A stretch of DNA of 34,932 nt from the sequence record SRR2962707_5101. One strand, written 5' to 3'. A program made the translations under genes and the position numbers. Under the pieces are notes generated by a model. That model was not told the DNA's origin, did not search any database, and was given only the letters and a program-made list of their open reading frames with translations. This document shows positions 20,209 to 30,860 of this stretch, one piece after another. The first letter of the stretch is position 1. Every line of letters starts with the position of its first letter.

Positions 20209-21321
20209 ATGCATTTTGAATCGCCAATAAAACGTCGTCAATCACGTCAAATTATGGTGGGGAATGTGCCAGTTGGTGGCGGCGCCCCTATTAGTGTTCA
20301 GAGTATGACGAACACTGAAACCTGCGATGTTGATGCCACAGTCGCTCAAATAAGAGCCATCGCCGATGCTGGTGGTGACATTGTACGTGTGTCTATTCCT
20401 TCCATGGATGCGGCAGAAGCCTTTAAGCAAATTCGTAAGCAAGTGTCTGTGCCACTGGTTGCCGATATCCATTTTGATTATAAAATTGCTCTCAAAGTGG
20501 CTGAATACGGGGTCGATTGCTTACGTATCAACCCAGGTAATATTGGTAATAAAGACCGAATTCGATCGGTTGTTGATTGCGCTCGAGACAAAAACATCCC
20601 GATTCGAATTGGTGTGAATGCAGGATCATTAGAAAAAGACTTGCAGAAAAAGTACGGTGAACCTACGCCTGATGCTTTGGTTGAGTCGGCTTTTCGTCAA
20701 CTTCAGTATTTTGATGAATTGGATTTCCATGAGTACAAGTTAAGCCTTAAAGCGTCGGATATTTTTATGACGGTTGAGGCCTATCGCAAAATCGCCAGTC
20801 AAATTGATAACCCGTTGCATTTAGGGATTACAGAAGCCGGCGGCTTGCGTTCAGGTACGGTGAAGTCGTCTATCGGCCTAGGGCTTTTGTTGATGGATGG
20901 CATTGGCGACACATTGCGAGTGTCTCTGGCGGCCGACCCTGTACAAGAAATAAAAGTCGGTTGGGACATGTTGCGCAGTCTTAAATTGCGTAACCGCGGC
21001 ATTAACTTTATTGCCTGCCCAAGCTGCTCGCGTCAAAACTTTGATGTGATTAAAACCATGAATCAGCTTGAAGAGCGATTAGAAGATATCGTCATTCCAA
21101 TGGACGTCGCTGTGATTGGTTGTGTGGTAAATGGGCCTGGTGAAGCAAAAGAAGCGGACATAGGTCTTGCTGGTGGTTCGCCAAATAACCTAGTGTATTT
21201 GGATGGCAAACCGAACAGCAAATTCAAGAATGAAACATTAGTTGACGATCTTGAAAAAATGATTCGTCAGAAGGCTAAAACTAAAGAACGTGAGATGGCG
21301 AACATCATCGCTAAAAATTAA
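20209..21321 (+). CDS. ispG: (E)-4-hydroxy-3-methylbut-2-enyl diphosphate synthase
   Basis: [48 protein letters not shown]. Confidence 0.98.
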   Translation: MHFESPIKRRQSRQIMVGNVPVGGGAPISVQSMTNTETCDVDATVAQIRAIADAGGDIVRVSIPSMDAAEAFKQIRKQVSVPLVADIHFDYKIALKVAEYGVDCLRINPGNIGNKDRIRSVVDCARDKNIPIRIGVNAGSLEKDLQKKYGEPTPDALVESAFRQLQYFDELDFHEYKLSLKASDIFMTVEAYRKIASQIDNPLHLGITEAGGLRSGTVKSSIGLGLLLMDGIGDTLRVSLAADPVQEIKVGWDMLRSLKLRNRGINFIACPSCSRQNFDVIKTMNQLEERLEDIVIPMDVAVIGCVVNGPGEAKEADIGLAGGSPNNLVYLDGKPNSKFKNETLVDDLEKMIRQKAKTKEREMANIIAKN

Positions 21322-21330
21322 GGAATTGTA

Positions 21331-22614
21331 GTGGCTCGTAAAATCCAAGCTATTCGAGGAATGAATGACATTCTTCCAGGCCAGTCTTCTGTTTGGCAAT
21401 ATTTAGAAAGCACGGTTGCTGATGTTGTGAAGTCTTATGGCTACCAACAGATTCGTTTTCCGATCGTTGAAAACACCGACCTGTTTAAACGCGGTGTGGG
21501 TGAAACAACAGACATCGTTGAAAAAGAAATGTACACCTTTGAGGATCGCAATGGTGAATCGTTAACCTTGCGCCCAGAAGGAACCGCAAGTTGTGTGCGT
21601 GCAGCGGATCAAGCTGGTTTGTTGTTTAATCAAGTGCAGCGCTTGTGGTACACAGGTCCTATGTTTCGTTATGAGCGCCCGCAAAAAGGTCGCTACCGTC
21701 AGTTTCACCAAATTGGTGTTGAAGCCTTTGGTATGGCGAGTGCCGACGTTGATGCTGAACTGATTGTTTTGTCTGCGCGCTTATGGAAAAAGCTGGGGTT
21801 GTTGGAGCATGTTGAGCTGCAACTGAATACCATCGGCTTGGCGTCTGAGCGCGAAGCTTACAAAGCGGCCTTGGTTGATTACTTAACAGAGTTTAAAGAT
21901 CAGCTAGACGAAGACAGTCAGCGCCGCTTAACGACGAACCCATTGCGTATTTTGGACTCTAAAGACGAAGCAACACAGGCGGTGTTGAATAACGCCCCTA
22001 GTCTTCGGGATTTTATCGGCGAAGAGTCCCAGGCGCACTTTGAACGTTTGCAGGCAATTCTGACGGCAAATGGCGTGCCTTTTGTGATTAACCATCGCTT
22101 AGTTCGCGGCCTAGATTATTATGGTAAAACGGTGTTTGAATGGGTGACTGCGCATCTTGGTGCTCAAGCAACCGTTTGTGCCGGTGGCCGTTACGATGGC
22201 TTGGTCGAACAGTTAGGGGGTAAAGCAACGCCAGCTGTGGGCTTTGCGATGGGGATTGAGCGCCTAGTATTGCTACTGGAAACGCTTGAACTTATTCCTG
22301 AAGAAGCCAAAGCCTCTACGGATGTGTTTGTTGTTAGTTTGGGCGAGGACGCTGAAATTACCTCTTCTGTGCTGGCGGAGACGCTGCGCTCTGAATTAGC
22401 TGGCGTGACGGTATTGCGTCATTGTGGCGGCGGTAACTTTAAAAACCAGATGAAGAAAGCCAATAACTCAGGCGCTCGTTTGACTCTTATTTTGGGTCAA
22501 GAAGAAGTGGAGCAAGGCATTTGTCAGGTCAAAGACATGCAAACCGGTGATCAAGAATCTTGTCAGATTGCTGATATCGCGAACTGTGTGAATGCTAAAT
22601 TACAGTTGAATTAA
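21331..22614 (+). CDS. hisS: Histidyl-tRNA synthetase
   Basis: [49 protein letters not shown]. Confidence 0.98.
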   Translation: MARKIQAIRGMNDILPGQSSVWQYLESTVADVVKSYGYQQIRFPIVENTDLFKRGVGETTDIVEKEMYTFEDRNGESLTLRPEGTASCVRAADQAGLLFNQVQRLWYTGPMFRYERPQKGRYRQFHQIGVEAFGMASADVDAELIVLSARLWKKLGLLEHVELQLNTIGLASEREAYKAALVDYLTEFKDQLDEDSQRRLTTNPLRILDSKDEATQAVLNNAPSLRDFIGEESQAHFERLQAILTANGVPFVINHRLVRGLDYYGKTVFEWVTAHLGAQATVCAGGRYDGLVEQLGGKATPAVGFAMGIERLVLLLETLELIPEEAKASTDVFVVSLGEDAEITSSVLAETLRSELAGVTVLRHCGGGNFKNQMKKANNSGARLTLILGQEEVEQGICQVKDMQTGDQESCQIADIANCVNAKLQLN

Positions 22615-22654
22615 GTCTGGCGCCAGTTACGGCATCTTAAACGAGGAATAAAAA

Positions 22655-23296
22655 GTGTCTGAATTAAAGACTGAAGAAGAACAAATTGAAGCGTTTAAAG
22701 AGTGGTGGAAAAAGAACGGCACTGTCTTAATCATAGCGATTGCGGTTTGCGTTGGTGGCTATTTTGGTTGGCAAGCTTGGCAAAAAAGCCAAGCAGATCA
22801 TTTGAGTGAAGCGTCTGCTTTGTATCAAAATATGATCGAAGCCGCGTCTGACTTGTCAAAAGAAGACAACCAAAAAACAGTCTCTTTCATTGCTAAGCAA
22901 TTGACTGATGATTATAACGATACGGGTTATGCCATGTTTGGTCAGTTGTTCTCAGCTCGTTTAGATGCTCAAAAGGGCAACTACGATGCGGCCATTACGG
23001 ATCTTAAAACGGCGATCAAGCAGACGGAAGACGCGTCTTTTATTGCGATAGCGAACTTACGTATTACTAAGTTACAGATTCAAAAAGAAGAGTACAGCGC
23101 TGCGCTAGCAACATTAGAGCAAGTGACCTCTTCTGAGTTTCTTGCTCAGCGTCAAGAACTTGCAGGGGATATTTACCTTAAGCAAGGTAAGCGTGATGAA
23201 GCGAGAGTGGCGTATCAAAAAGCCAGTGAAGCCTTGGGTGACAATGTTAAACACCCATTGCTAGACATTAAACTCAAGGACTTAGTCAAAGGTTGA
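22655..23296 (+). CDS. yfgM: YfgM-family TPR membrane protein (ancillary SecYEG subunit)
   Basis: TEEEQIEAFKEWWKKNG + TM + TPR; conserved position between hisS and bamB. Confidence 0.92.
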   Translation: MSELKTEEEQIEAFKEWWKKNGTVLIIAIAVCVGGYFGWQAWQKSQADHLSEASALYQNMIEAASDLSKEDNQKTVSFIAKQLTDDYNDTGYAMFGQLFSARLDAQKGNYDAAITDLKTAIKQTEDASFIAIANLRITKLQIQKEEYSAALATLEQVTSSEFLAQRQELAGDIYLKQGKRDEARVAYQKASEALGDNVKHPLLDIKLKDLVKG

Positions 23297-23298
23297 TT

Positions 23299-24432
23299 AT
23301 GAGTAAATCGCTTGTTACTGGTGTTATATTAGCGGCTTTAATGCTCCAAGGTTGTGCCAGCTCCCGTCCTGATTTGCCTAGCCCAGCGCCCATCGACAGT
23401 GAAGTGGATTTAGACACATCATGGCGTACTGGTGTGGATGGCGATTTTGGTGAGACGAGCGAACGTTACAACTTGGTTGCACAAGATAATAGTTTATTCT
23501 TCGTTACTCGCGTCGGTTCTGTGTATCAGCTTACCCAAAAAGACGGCGATGAAGTGCTTCGTATCAAAACGAAATATAAACCCAGTGCAGGCGTAACTCG
23601 TGACGCTGATAACATCTATTTTGGTACTTATGAAGGCCAACTTGTGGCCGTTTCATTGAAGAAAAAAGCGGTGGAATGGACGCAGACCTTGAGTTCTGAA
23701 GTGCTTTCTGAACCGGCGTATTATGATGGTAAGTTGGCCGTGCAAACTGCCGATGGTTGGTTGAGTCTTTTGGATGCGAGCGATGGCCATGTGCTATGGC
23801 GAGCAAAAGAGGATTTGCCTGCATTGACGGTCCGTGGTACAAGTGCGCCTATTATTATTAATGGTAAGGTACTAGCTGGCTTTTCAGATGGCAAAGTAAA
23901 AGCCTTTGATCTGCAAACCGGTAAACAGGTTTGGTCTTATGACGTTGGTAAACCCGAAGGCCGTTATGAAATTGAACGCTTGAGTGATGTAGATGGTCGT
24001 TTGGTTGTCAAAGACGGTGTGGTTTATGCGGCGGCTTATAATGGCACAGTGACGGCTTTATCGTTGCAAAAAGGCAGTCCCATCTGGCAGCGTAGTATTC
24101 CTAGTGCTGTTGGTGTTGCAGTGAGAGATGACCTTCTCGTTGCGGTGGATTTGGACAGTAATGTGATCGCTTTAAACGCCAAAAATGGCTCTCAAGTGTG
24201 GGAAAACAAAACACTTGAAAAGCGAGATTTGATTACGCCTGAATTTTTTAGAGATTATGTTGCGGTGATGGATCGAGGTGGCTATGTCCATTTACTAGAC
24301 CTTAAAACAGGAATAGTAAAAGGGCGTGATATCGCGAACGATGATGTTGCTCCAGGCAGTCGTATGATAGCGGATGGAAATCAGCTGTTTATATTGACGC
24401 CGGACTCAGATGTCACGGCATTGAGCTATTGA
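23299..24432 (+). CDS. bamB: Outer membrane protein assembly factor BamB
   Basis: Lipobox LQGC, PQQ-like beta-propeller repeats, LTVRGTSAP, ERLSDVDG. Confidence 0.93.
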   Translation: MSKSLVTGVILAALMLQGCASSRPDLPSPAPIDSEVDLDTSWRTGVDGDFGETSERYNLVAQDNSLFFVTRVGSVYQLTQKDGDEVLRIKTKYKPSAGVTRDADNIYFGTYEGQLVAVSLKKKAVEWTQTLSSEVLSEPAYYDGKLAVQTADGWLSLLDASDGHVLWRAKEDLPALTVRGTSAPIIINGKVLAGFSDGKVKAFDLQTGKQVWSYDVGKPEGRYEIERLSDVDGRLVVKDGVVYAAAYNGTVTALSLQKGSPIWQRSIPSAVGVAVRDDLLVAVDLDSNVIALNAKNGSQVWENKTLEKRDLITPEFFRDYVAVMDRGGYVHLLDLKTGIVKGRDIANDDVAPGSRMIADGNQLFILTPDSDVTALSY

Positions 24433-24467
24433 AGTCGACACGACTTCTCTTTTAGCGATTTTAAAGA

Positions 24468-24496
24468 GGCTGCCATTCCTAAAAGGAGTGGTGGCC
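24468..24496 (+). other. Intergenic stem-loop between bamB and der
   Basis: GGCTGCCATTCCT-AAA-AGGAGTGGTGGCC (G-U containing stem) followed by GCTTTGTATTTTT. Confidence 0.55.
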
Positions 24497-24521
24497 GCTT
24501 TGTATTTTTATAGGTAAAAAA

Positions 24522-25859
24522 ATGATCCCAGTTATTGCATTGGTAGGTAGACCCAATGTTGGAAAGTCGACCCTTTTTAACCGTTTGACACGTTCTCGCG
24601 ATGCCTTGGTGGCCGATTATCCTGGCCTAACCCGAGACCGCAAATATGGCGATGGTAAAGCGGGTGAGCATGAATTTATTGTTATTGACACTGGTGGTAT
24701 CAGTGGCGACGAACAAGGTATTGATGAAAAGATGGCGCGTCAGTCTCTTCTTGCGATAGAAGAAGCGGATGCGGTGCTCTTTTTAGTGGATGGCCGACAT
24801 GGTCTTAATCCTGCCGATGAAATGATTGCAAACCACTTACGCCGCGCGAATAAGCCTATTTACCTTGTGGTCAACAAGACCGATGGTATTAATGAAGATA
24901 TTGCCTTGGCAGATTTTTATTCATTAGGGCTTGGTGAATTACTGCCGATTGCGGCGGCGCACGGTAAAGGCGTTCATATCTTAATTGATAAGGTTATGTT
25001 GCCATTTGCTGAGCAAGTTGAAGAAGCAAAAAATCAAATTCAACTGGGTTCTCGTGGTATTCGTATTGGTGTGGTTGGGCGTCCTAATGTGGGCAAATCG
25101 ACCTTGGTAAATCGCATGCTAGGTGAAGACCGAGTCGTGGTTTATGACATGCCAGGCACCACGCGCGACAGTGTGTACATTCCTTATATTCGTAATGAGA
25201 AAGAATACACACTGATCGATACCGCGGGTGTGCGTCGTCGTAAGCATGTGAAAGAAGCGGTTGAGAAATTCTCGATTGTGAAAACGCTGCAAGCGATTCA
25301 AGATGCCAACGTGGTGATTGTGGTGATTGATTCCCATGAAGACTTGGTTGAACAAGATCTGCATATGATTGGTTATGTGCTGGATGCCGGTCGTGGTGTG
25401 GTGATTGCCGTCAACAAATGGGATGGCTTAGCAAAAGATGAGCGCGAGCACATCAAGAGCGAAGTGGAGCGTCGTTTAGGGTTTGTTCCTTACGCAAAAG
25501 TGCATTACATCTCGGCTTTGCACGGTACTGATGTTGGTAATTTATACGATACGATCGAATCCACGTATGAGTCTTGTTACGCTAAGTGGTCTACGAACCG
25601 TTTGACTCGTATCCTTGAAGATGCGATTGCTGAGCATCAGCCTCCAATGGTCAATAGCCGTCGTATTAAGTTACGTTATGCTCACCAAGGGGGCTCAAAC
25701 CCTCCACGTATTGTTGTGCATGGTAACCAAACGGACTCGCTTCCAGGCAGTTATAAAAAATACTTGGAAAACAAATTCCGTACCATACTGAATATTACCG
25801 GTACTCCGATTTCATTTGAGTTTAAGTCTTCGGAAAACCCGTACGCGCCTAAAAAATAA
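24522..25859 (+). CDS. der: Ribosome biogenesis GTPase Der (EngA)
   Basis: Two GRPNVGKS G-domains, DTGG/DTAG, NKTD/NKWD, C-terminal [12 protein letters not shown]-like domain. Confidence 0.98.
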   Translation: MIPVIALVGRPNVGKSTLFNRLTRSRDALVADYPGLTRDRKYGDGKAGEHEFIVIDTGGISGDEQGIDEKMARQSLLAIEEADAVLFLVDGRHGLNPADEMIANHLRRANKPIYLVVNKTDGINEDIALADFYSLGLGELLPIAAAHGKGVHILIDKVMLPFAEQVEEAKNQIQLGSRGIRIGVVGRPNVGKSTLVNRMLGEDRVVVYDMPGTTRDSVYIPYIRNEKEYTLIDTAGVRRRKHVKEAVEKFSIVKTLQAIQDANVVIVVIDSHEDLVEQDLHMIGYVLDAGRGVVIAVNKWDGLAKDEREHIKSEVERRLGFVPYAKVHYISALHGTDVGNLYDTIESTYESCYAKWSTNRLTRILEDAIAEHQPPMVNSRRIKLRYAHQGGSNPPRIVVHGNQTDSLPGSYKKYLENKFRTILNITGTPISFEFKSSENPYAPKK

Positions 25860-25884
25860 TCTCAGATTATTGTATGGTGTTTTG

Positions 25885-25917
25885 AAAACCTCTTCATTTA
25901 GATGAAGGGGTTTTTTT
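25885..25917 (+). terminator. Intrinsic terminator after der
   Basis: AAAACCTCTTCAT-TTAG-ATGAAGGGGTTTTTTT. Confidence 0.85.
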
Positions 25918-26062
25918 GTTTGAGGCTGTCGCTTTTTTCGCTTTGTATCTTGGTTTTTTACCCGTAAGACTTTTGTCGTAATGGACGATTGATAGATTGC
26001 TTGAGAATAACGCATGGGGTAGTTTCTGTATTAAAGCCGATAAAAATAAAAAGGAGTGCTTT

Positions 26063-27166
26063 GTGACCAATCCTGTTGTGTTTGAGGTTCAGCCTTTTGC
26101 TGAGCGTTATAAGTTAGGTGTAATCCGACTTAATCATCCTTCTGCATTGAATGCTCTGAGCATGGAGATGATAGAGCAGATGCTTAGCCAGCTAGAGAGT
26201 TGGCGAATGGATCAGACGGTCGTCGCTATTTGGTTAGAAGGCGCAGGTGATAAAGCCTTTTGTGCCGGTGGTAATGTGGTTGATGTTTATCGCAGTCTTG
26301 TCACGTCTGAAGAGACGCATTTTGCCCACCGTTACTTTGAAGAAGAGTACGCCCTTGATTATTTACTGCACCGTTTTCCTAAACCTATTATTTGTTGGGG
26401 AAGTGGGTATGTGATGGGCGGTGGTATGGGGCTAATGATGGCCTCTCGTTATCGTGTGGTAACACCATCCAGCAAGTTAGCCATGCCTGAAATTAGCATT
26501 GGTTTGTACCCTGACGTAGGGGCCAGTTACTTCTTAAATCAGCTGGAAAGCAAGGAAATAGCGCGATTTATGGCGCTAACCGGGTATCAGGTCTCTGCCA
26601 CGGATGCGTGTGAGCTCGGTTTGGCAACGCATTATATTATGGCTGAAGATCGCGATGCTTTGATCGCGTCGTTTGCTAACGCCAGCATGGTGGAATTGGA
26701 CCCCAAAAAGGTCACGTCTATTATTGAACAGGCGTTGTTCACTCGCGCCCAATCCGATGAGTTACCCTTGCTCAAACCTGAGCTAACGGCACTGCAACCG
26801 ACGGTAATGACATTAATGTCAGGGGACATTGAGAACGTTTATGCTGCTATGTTGTCCTATTCACCAGAATGTCCGGCAATGATAAAAGCGAAAGAAAACT
26901 TTTTGAATGGCAGCCCCTTATCCGCCCATTTGATATTGGCGCAATTGGATTGGGCTCACGGCAAAAGTTTAGAATCCGTTTTTATGCGCGAGCTTCAGTT
27001 GTCTGTTGCCTGCTGTGCTCAAGGGGATTTTAAAGAAGGTGTGCGAGCCTTATTGGTTGATAAAGACAAGCAACCAAAATGGCAATATGGACGTATTTCA
27101 GACGTACCAAAAGAGCGAGTGATGGACTTCTTTAAGGTTGAGGAGCCGTCTTTACCGCCGCACTGA
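26063..27166 (+). CDS. Enoyl-CoA hydratase/isomerase family, 3-hydroxyisobutyryl-CoA hydrolase-like
   Basis: LNAL, KAFCAGG, EEYALD, GYVMGGGMGL, AMPEISIGLYPDVG, DFKEGVRALLVDKD; GTG at 26063 after AAGGAG RBS. Confidence 0.92.
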   Translation: MTNPVVFEVQPFAERYKLGVIRLNHPSALNALSMEMIEQMLSQLESWRMDQTVVAIWLEGAGDKAFCAGGNVVDVYRSLVTSEETHFAHRYFEEEYALDYLLHRFPKPIICWGSGYVMGGGMGLMMASRYRVVTPSSKLAMPEISIGLYPDVGASYFLNQLESKEIARFMALTGYQVSATDACELGLATHYIMAEDRDALIASFANASMVELDPKKVTSIIEQALFTRAQSDELPLLKPELTALQPTVMTLMSGDIENVYAAMLSYSPECPAMIKAKENFLNGSPLSAHLILAQLDWAHGKSLESVFMRELQLSVACCAQGDFKEGVRALLVDKDKQPKWQYGRISDVPKERVMDFFKVEEPSLPPH

Positions 27167-27320
27167 GTGCGTTGTTGGCGTGCTTTTGTTTTGCTTTAAA
27201 ATCGTTCAAGGCAAGCGTTAAAGCGTCAATTGCGACTTGATTGTCTATCTTGTTGTCTTCAAGTAAAGCAATTAAATCAATGGCCAGTTTTATGTGTGTA
27301 GGTGCGTTTTCTAAAGACAT
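27132..27320 (-). CDS. rsmS: DUF2496 small protein (RsmS/YbaM family)
   Basis: MSLENAP..IKLAIDLI.LLE.N.I......AL signature. Confidence 0.85.
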   Translation of the reverse strand: MSLENAPTHIKLAIDLIALLEDNKIDNQVAIDALTLALNDFKAKQKHANNALSAAVKTAPQP

Positions 27321-27478
27321 AATGTTTCCGTATAAAAAGTGTCGTATTTAGGGTGTAAAAATAGAGATCTGAATCAATATTATTTGTTAGGATTAGATAG
27401 GTTTACCCATTTTAACCTATTGTCGAAGATATAATGATCGGCGGCAAGAGACTTAGAGTCGCCTAGGATAGAGATAAA

Positions 27479-28141
27479 ATGATGCTTAATGAAACCGGTG
27501 TAATAACAAACGAATTTTGGTTGGACCGTTGGAAATCGGGACGAATTGGCTTTCATAAAGAAGGTGTGAATCCTCGACTGGTTGGCTATTGGCCTGACTT
27601 GCCAAAAGGCAGTCATGTGTTGGTTCCTTTGTGTGGCAAATCAAACGACATGATTTGGCTAGCAGAGCAGGGCTATCAAGTGACTGGGGTTGAACTCTCT
27701 TCTTTGGCTGTGGTGCAATTTCTTGGTGACAACGATTTAGTGTATAACACTCATGAAGAAGGTGACCTGAAAATCCATACGGTGGAAGGGCTTTCTTTAA
27801 GAATCGTTGAAGGGGATTTTTTCACCTTTAAAGAAACAGGTTTTGACGCCTGTTATGACCGCGCGGCTATGGTGGCTATGCCATCGAATCGACGAGCTGA
27901 ATACGTTTCTCATGCGCTTTCATTACTTGCGCCGTCGGCCTTCGTATTACTGATTTCACTGCGCTATGATGGTGATAAACAGGGGCCGCCATTTTCTGTT
28001 ACGCATGAAGAAATTAACCAGATGTGGGGCGATAAGATTCAAAAAATTGCCTCTGAAGATCTTGTGCAAACCAATGCGCAATACAAAGATCAAGGGCACA
28101 GTTTCTTTGAAGAGAGTGTTTGGCATATCGTCCCTGCTTAA
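27479..28141 (+). CDS. tpm: Thiopurine S-methyltransferase
   Basis: FWLDRW...IGFH, VLVPLCGKSNDMIWLA, GVELS, GDFF, YDRAA, GPPFSV. Confidence 0.93.
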   Translation: MMLNETGVITNEFWLDRWKSGRIGFHKEGVNPRLVGYWPDLPKGSHVLVPLCGKSNDMIWLAEQGYQVTGVELSSLAVVQFLGDNDLVYNTHEEGDLKIHTVEGLSLRIVEGDFFTFKETGFDACYDRAAMVAMPSNRRAEYVSHALSLLAPSAFVLLISLRYDGDKQGPPFSVTHEEINQMWGDKIQKIASEDLVQTNAQYKDQGHSFFEESVWHIVPA

Positions 28142-28287
28142 GCTCTTCTGATCAGCTTTACATATTGGCTCTGTATACCGGAGGTCTTTTCTGGGATAAT
28201 GCCGGAAAATTCCCCCGATAACCTATGTATCTTCGTAACGCACATTTCGTGATGTCATCGTGGTTACGTCGATACCAAGAGCTGCCA

Positions 28288-30564
28288 ATGATAAAACGAC
28301 ATAAAACCGCCACCGATCTATTCTCATATCCAACGTATTGGGCTGAATGTTACGGTGTTTCCCCTTTTTTGCCGACCACCCGAGAAGAAATGGACCAGCT
28401 TGGCTGGGACAGCTGTGATGTGATTATTGTCACTGGGGATGCCTATGTGGATCACCCAAGTTTTGGTATGGCCGTGTTGGGGCGTTTATTAGAGTCTAAA
28501 GGCTATCGTGTCGGCATTATTGATCAACCAGATTGGCGTAATGCCAATGATTTCATGCGCTTGGGTCGTCCTAATTTGTATTTTGGGGTAACGGCGGGGA
28601 ACATGGATTCCTTGATTAACCGTTATACCGCAGACCTTAAAGTGCGTAACGACGACGCTTACACACCTTATGGTGTGGGGGGCAAACGTCCAGATCGCGC
28701 TGTCATTGTTTATTCTCAACGTTGTAAAGAAGCCTTCCATGACGTGCCTGTGATGGTCGGTGGTATTGAAGCGAGTTTGCGTCGTATTGCTCAGTATGAC
28801 TATTGGAGCGATGAAGTTCGACGTTCGGTTTTGATAGACTCCACCGCCGATATTTTACTTTATGGTAATGCGGAACGCGCCATGCTGGAAGTTACTCATC
28901 AAATCGCGATGGGTAAAACGATCAAAGAATTAACCAATATTCGTGGCACCACCATTGTTCGAGATGCACCGCCAGGTGGTTACACAGAAATTGACTCAAC
29001 CCGAGTAGATTGGCCTGGCAAGGTCGACCAAATATACAGCCCTTACGAATACATTCCTGAAGGCAAATGCCAGACAAAAGAGGGCGAAGAAGACTCTGAT
29101 GTCATGCCTATTCGAGTGATTCCTGCGCCATTACGTCGCGGTGAGAAACTGGACCCTGAAACCACTTATATTCGCTTGCCTTCGTTTGAAAAGGTCTCTA
29201 AAGACCCTGTTTTGTATGCGCATACTTCACGTATTTTGCACCTGGAATCTAACCCGCATAATGCGCGAGCTTTGATTCAAAAACATGGTAAAAAAGAGAT
29301 TTGGGTTAATCCGCCACCAATTCCATTGGAAACACCGGAAATGGATGGTGTCTTTGATCTGCCTTATGCGCGTGTGCCACATCCAAAATACAAAAAAGCG
29401 CGTATTCCTGCCTACGACATGATCAAAACGTCGATTAATATTATGCGAGGCTGTTTTGGTGGCTGTACTTTTTGTTCGATTACCGAGCACGAAGGGCGGG
29501 TTATTCAGAGTCGTTCCCATGAATCTATCTTAAATGAGATAGAAGAAATCAAAGCTAAGGTGCCAGGCTTTACCGGTCATATTTCTGACTTAGGTGGTCC
29601 TACCTCGAATATGTATACTCTGAACTGTAACGACGATGAGGTTCAGGCTTCTTGTCGTAAGTTATCCTGTGTGTATCCTACGATTTGCTCTAACTTAAAT
29701 ACGGACCATAGCCCAACCACCCAGCTATACCGTAAAACGCGTGCCGTAGAAGGGATTCATACCGTTTCTATTGCCTCAGGTCTACGCTATGACCTAGCGG
29801 TTGAAGACCCTGAGTACGTACGTGAGTTGGTGACGCATCACGTTGGTGGTTTGTTAAAAATTGCCCCAGAGCACTCTGAAAAAGACACCTTGTCTAAAAT
29901 GATGAAGCCGGGCATGGGCACCTACGAGCGTTTCAAGCGGATGTTTGATAAATACTCTAAAGAAGCGGGCAAAAAACAGCATTTGATTCCGTACTTTATT
30001 GCGGCTCACCCGGGCAGTTCAGATGAAGACATGATGAATTTGGCTTTGTGGTTGAAAACCAATGATTTCAAACCGGATCAGGTACAAACCTTTTACCCTT
30101 CACCTATGTCGTTGGCGACGGCCATGTACCATTCTGGTAAGAACCCATTGAAACCGGTGACTTATAAGAGTGAAGACGTTTATACGCCGAAAGACTATAA
30201 ACAGCGCACCGTACAAAAAGGCTTTTTACGCTACCACGACCAGAACAACTGGAAAGATTTGCGTAATACCTTGATCAAAATGGGACGCGCAGATTTGATC
30301 GGTAATGGCGACAATAAGTTGGTGCCATCGGAAGACAAAGACAAACAAGTGTCGCGTCGTCCAGTGAAGCCAAAAGCAGGGCAGCAGACCGGGGCTTCTC
30401 ATACCTCGAATCGTCCAACAATGGCGAAGAATGCGGCGGCGGATAAAGCGCGTAAAAAGTCTGGTAAAGCGGGAGGCAGTGCGTCCTCTCGAGCAGGGGG
30501 CGCGCCAACAAACGCTGCTGCAGTTCCCGCTAAACGTCGTAAATCCAAGGTTAAATCTCGCTAA
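28288..30564 (+). CDS. ygiQ: YgiQ-family (UPF0313) radical SAM protein
   Basis: [55 protein letters not shown]; basic low-complexity C-tail; ATG 28288 preferred. Confidence 0.95.
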   Translation: MIKRHKTATDLFSYPTYWAECYGVSPFLPTTREEMDQLGWDSCDVIIVTGDAYVDHPSFGMAVLGRLLESKGYRVGIIDQPDWRNANDFMRLGRPNLYFGVTAGNMDSLINRYTADLKVRNDDAYTPYGVGGKRPDRAVIVYSQRCKEAFHDVPVMVGGIEASLRRIAQYDYWSDEVRRSVLIDSTADILLYGNAERAMLEVTHQIAMGKTIKELTNIRGTTIVRDAPPGGYTEIDSTRVDWPGKVDQIYSPYEYIPEGKCQTKEGEEDSDVMPIRVIPAPLRRGEKLDPETTYIRLPSFEKVSKDPVLYAHTSRILHLESNPHNARALIQKHGKKEIWVNPPPIPLETPEMDGVFDLPYARVPHPKYKKARIPAYDMIKTSINIMRGCFGGCTFCSITEHEGRVIQSRSHESILNEIEEIKAKVPGFTGHISDLGGPTSNMYTLNCNDDEVQASCRKLSCVYPTICSNLNTDHSPTTQLYRKTRAVEGIHTVSIASGLRYDLAVEDPEYVRELVTHHVGGLLKIAPEHSEKDTLSKMMKPGMGTYERFKRMFDKYSKEAGKKQHLIPYFIAAHPGSSDEDMMNLALWLKTNDFKPDQVQTFYPSPMSLATAMYHSGKNPLKPVTYKSEDVYTPKDYKQRTVQKGFLRYHDQNNWKDLRNTLIKMGRADLIGNGDNKLVPSEDKDKQVSRRPVKPKAGQQTGASHTSNRPTMAKNAAADKARKKSGKAGGSASSRAGGAPTNAAAVPAKRRKSKVKSR

Positions 30565-30587
30565 GAAAAACCAAGATAGGTGAGTCT

Positions 30588-30623
30588 AAAACCTCGTAGT
30601 GCTCGGTCATTACGAGGTTTTTT
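30588..30623 (+). terminator. Intrinsic terminator after ygiQ
   Basis: AAAACCTCGTAGTG-CTCGGT-CATTACGAGGTTTTTT. Confidence 0.85.
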
Positions 30624-30750
30624 ATTGTCTGAAATGCACTGATAGTGAGCGTGTAAAAGGTAAAAAGTCATAAAGCGAGCACAGTGGATGATAAACACTC
30701 CAGTTTATGGATAATACAGTCCATCAAATTTGGTATGTGTTATGCATACG

Positions 30751-30860
30751 TTGCAGAAACGCTGGGTTACTATTTAATCTGCGTTAACCGCTTCCACAAG
30801 AAGCGAACGACAGCTATTCCGTCATTAATCAAAAGTTAATGCGGGCATTGAGGACTTATT
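30751..30860 (+). promoter_or_regulatory. Candidate promoter plus structured 5' leader of the YitT gene
   Basis: TTGCAG-N16-TTTAAT; hairpins CGCTTC-CACAA-GAAGCG (30789-30805) and CCGTCATTAAT-CAAAA-GTTAATGCGG (30819-30844) immediately before the GAGGA RBS. Confidence 0.45.

Noticed and set aside
26017-26043. GCCGATAA sigma-28 -10 element upstream of the enoyl-CoA hydratase gene
   Set aside because: The position 15 nt upstream reads GGGT, not TAAA; no matching -35.
30340-30564. Lys/Arg/Ala/Gly-rich tail of YgiQ as a novel domain
   Set aside because: Basic low-complexity C-termini are usual in this family.
30753-30817. Calling the YitT leader a bona fide fluoride or SAM-II riboswitch
   Set aside because: Lacks the compact GATGGnnTTC-type P1 loop and the TRATGA core of crcB aptamers, and lacks the TTGC / GCTAAA elements of SAM-II; kept only as an unclassified candidate.
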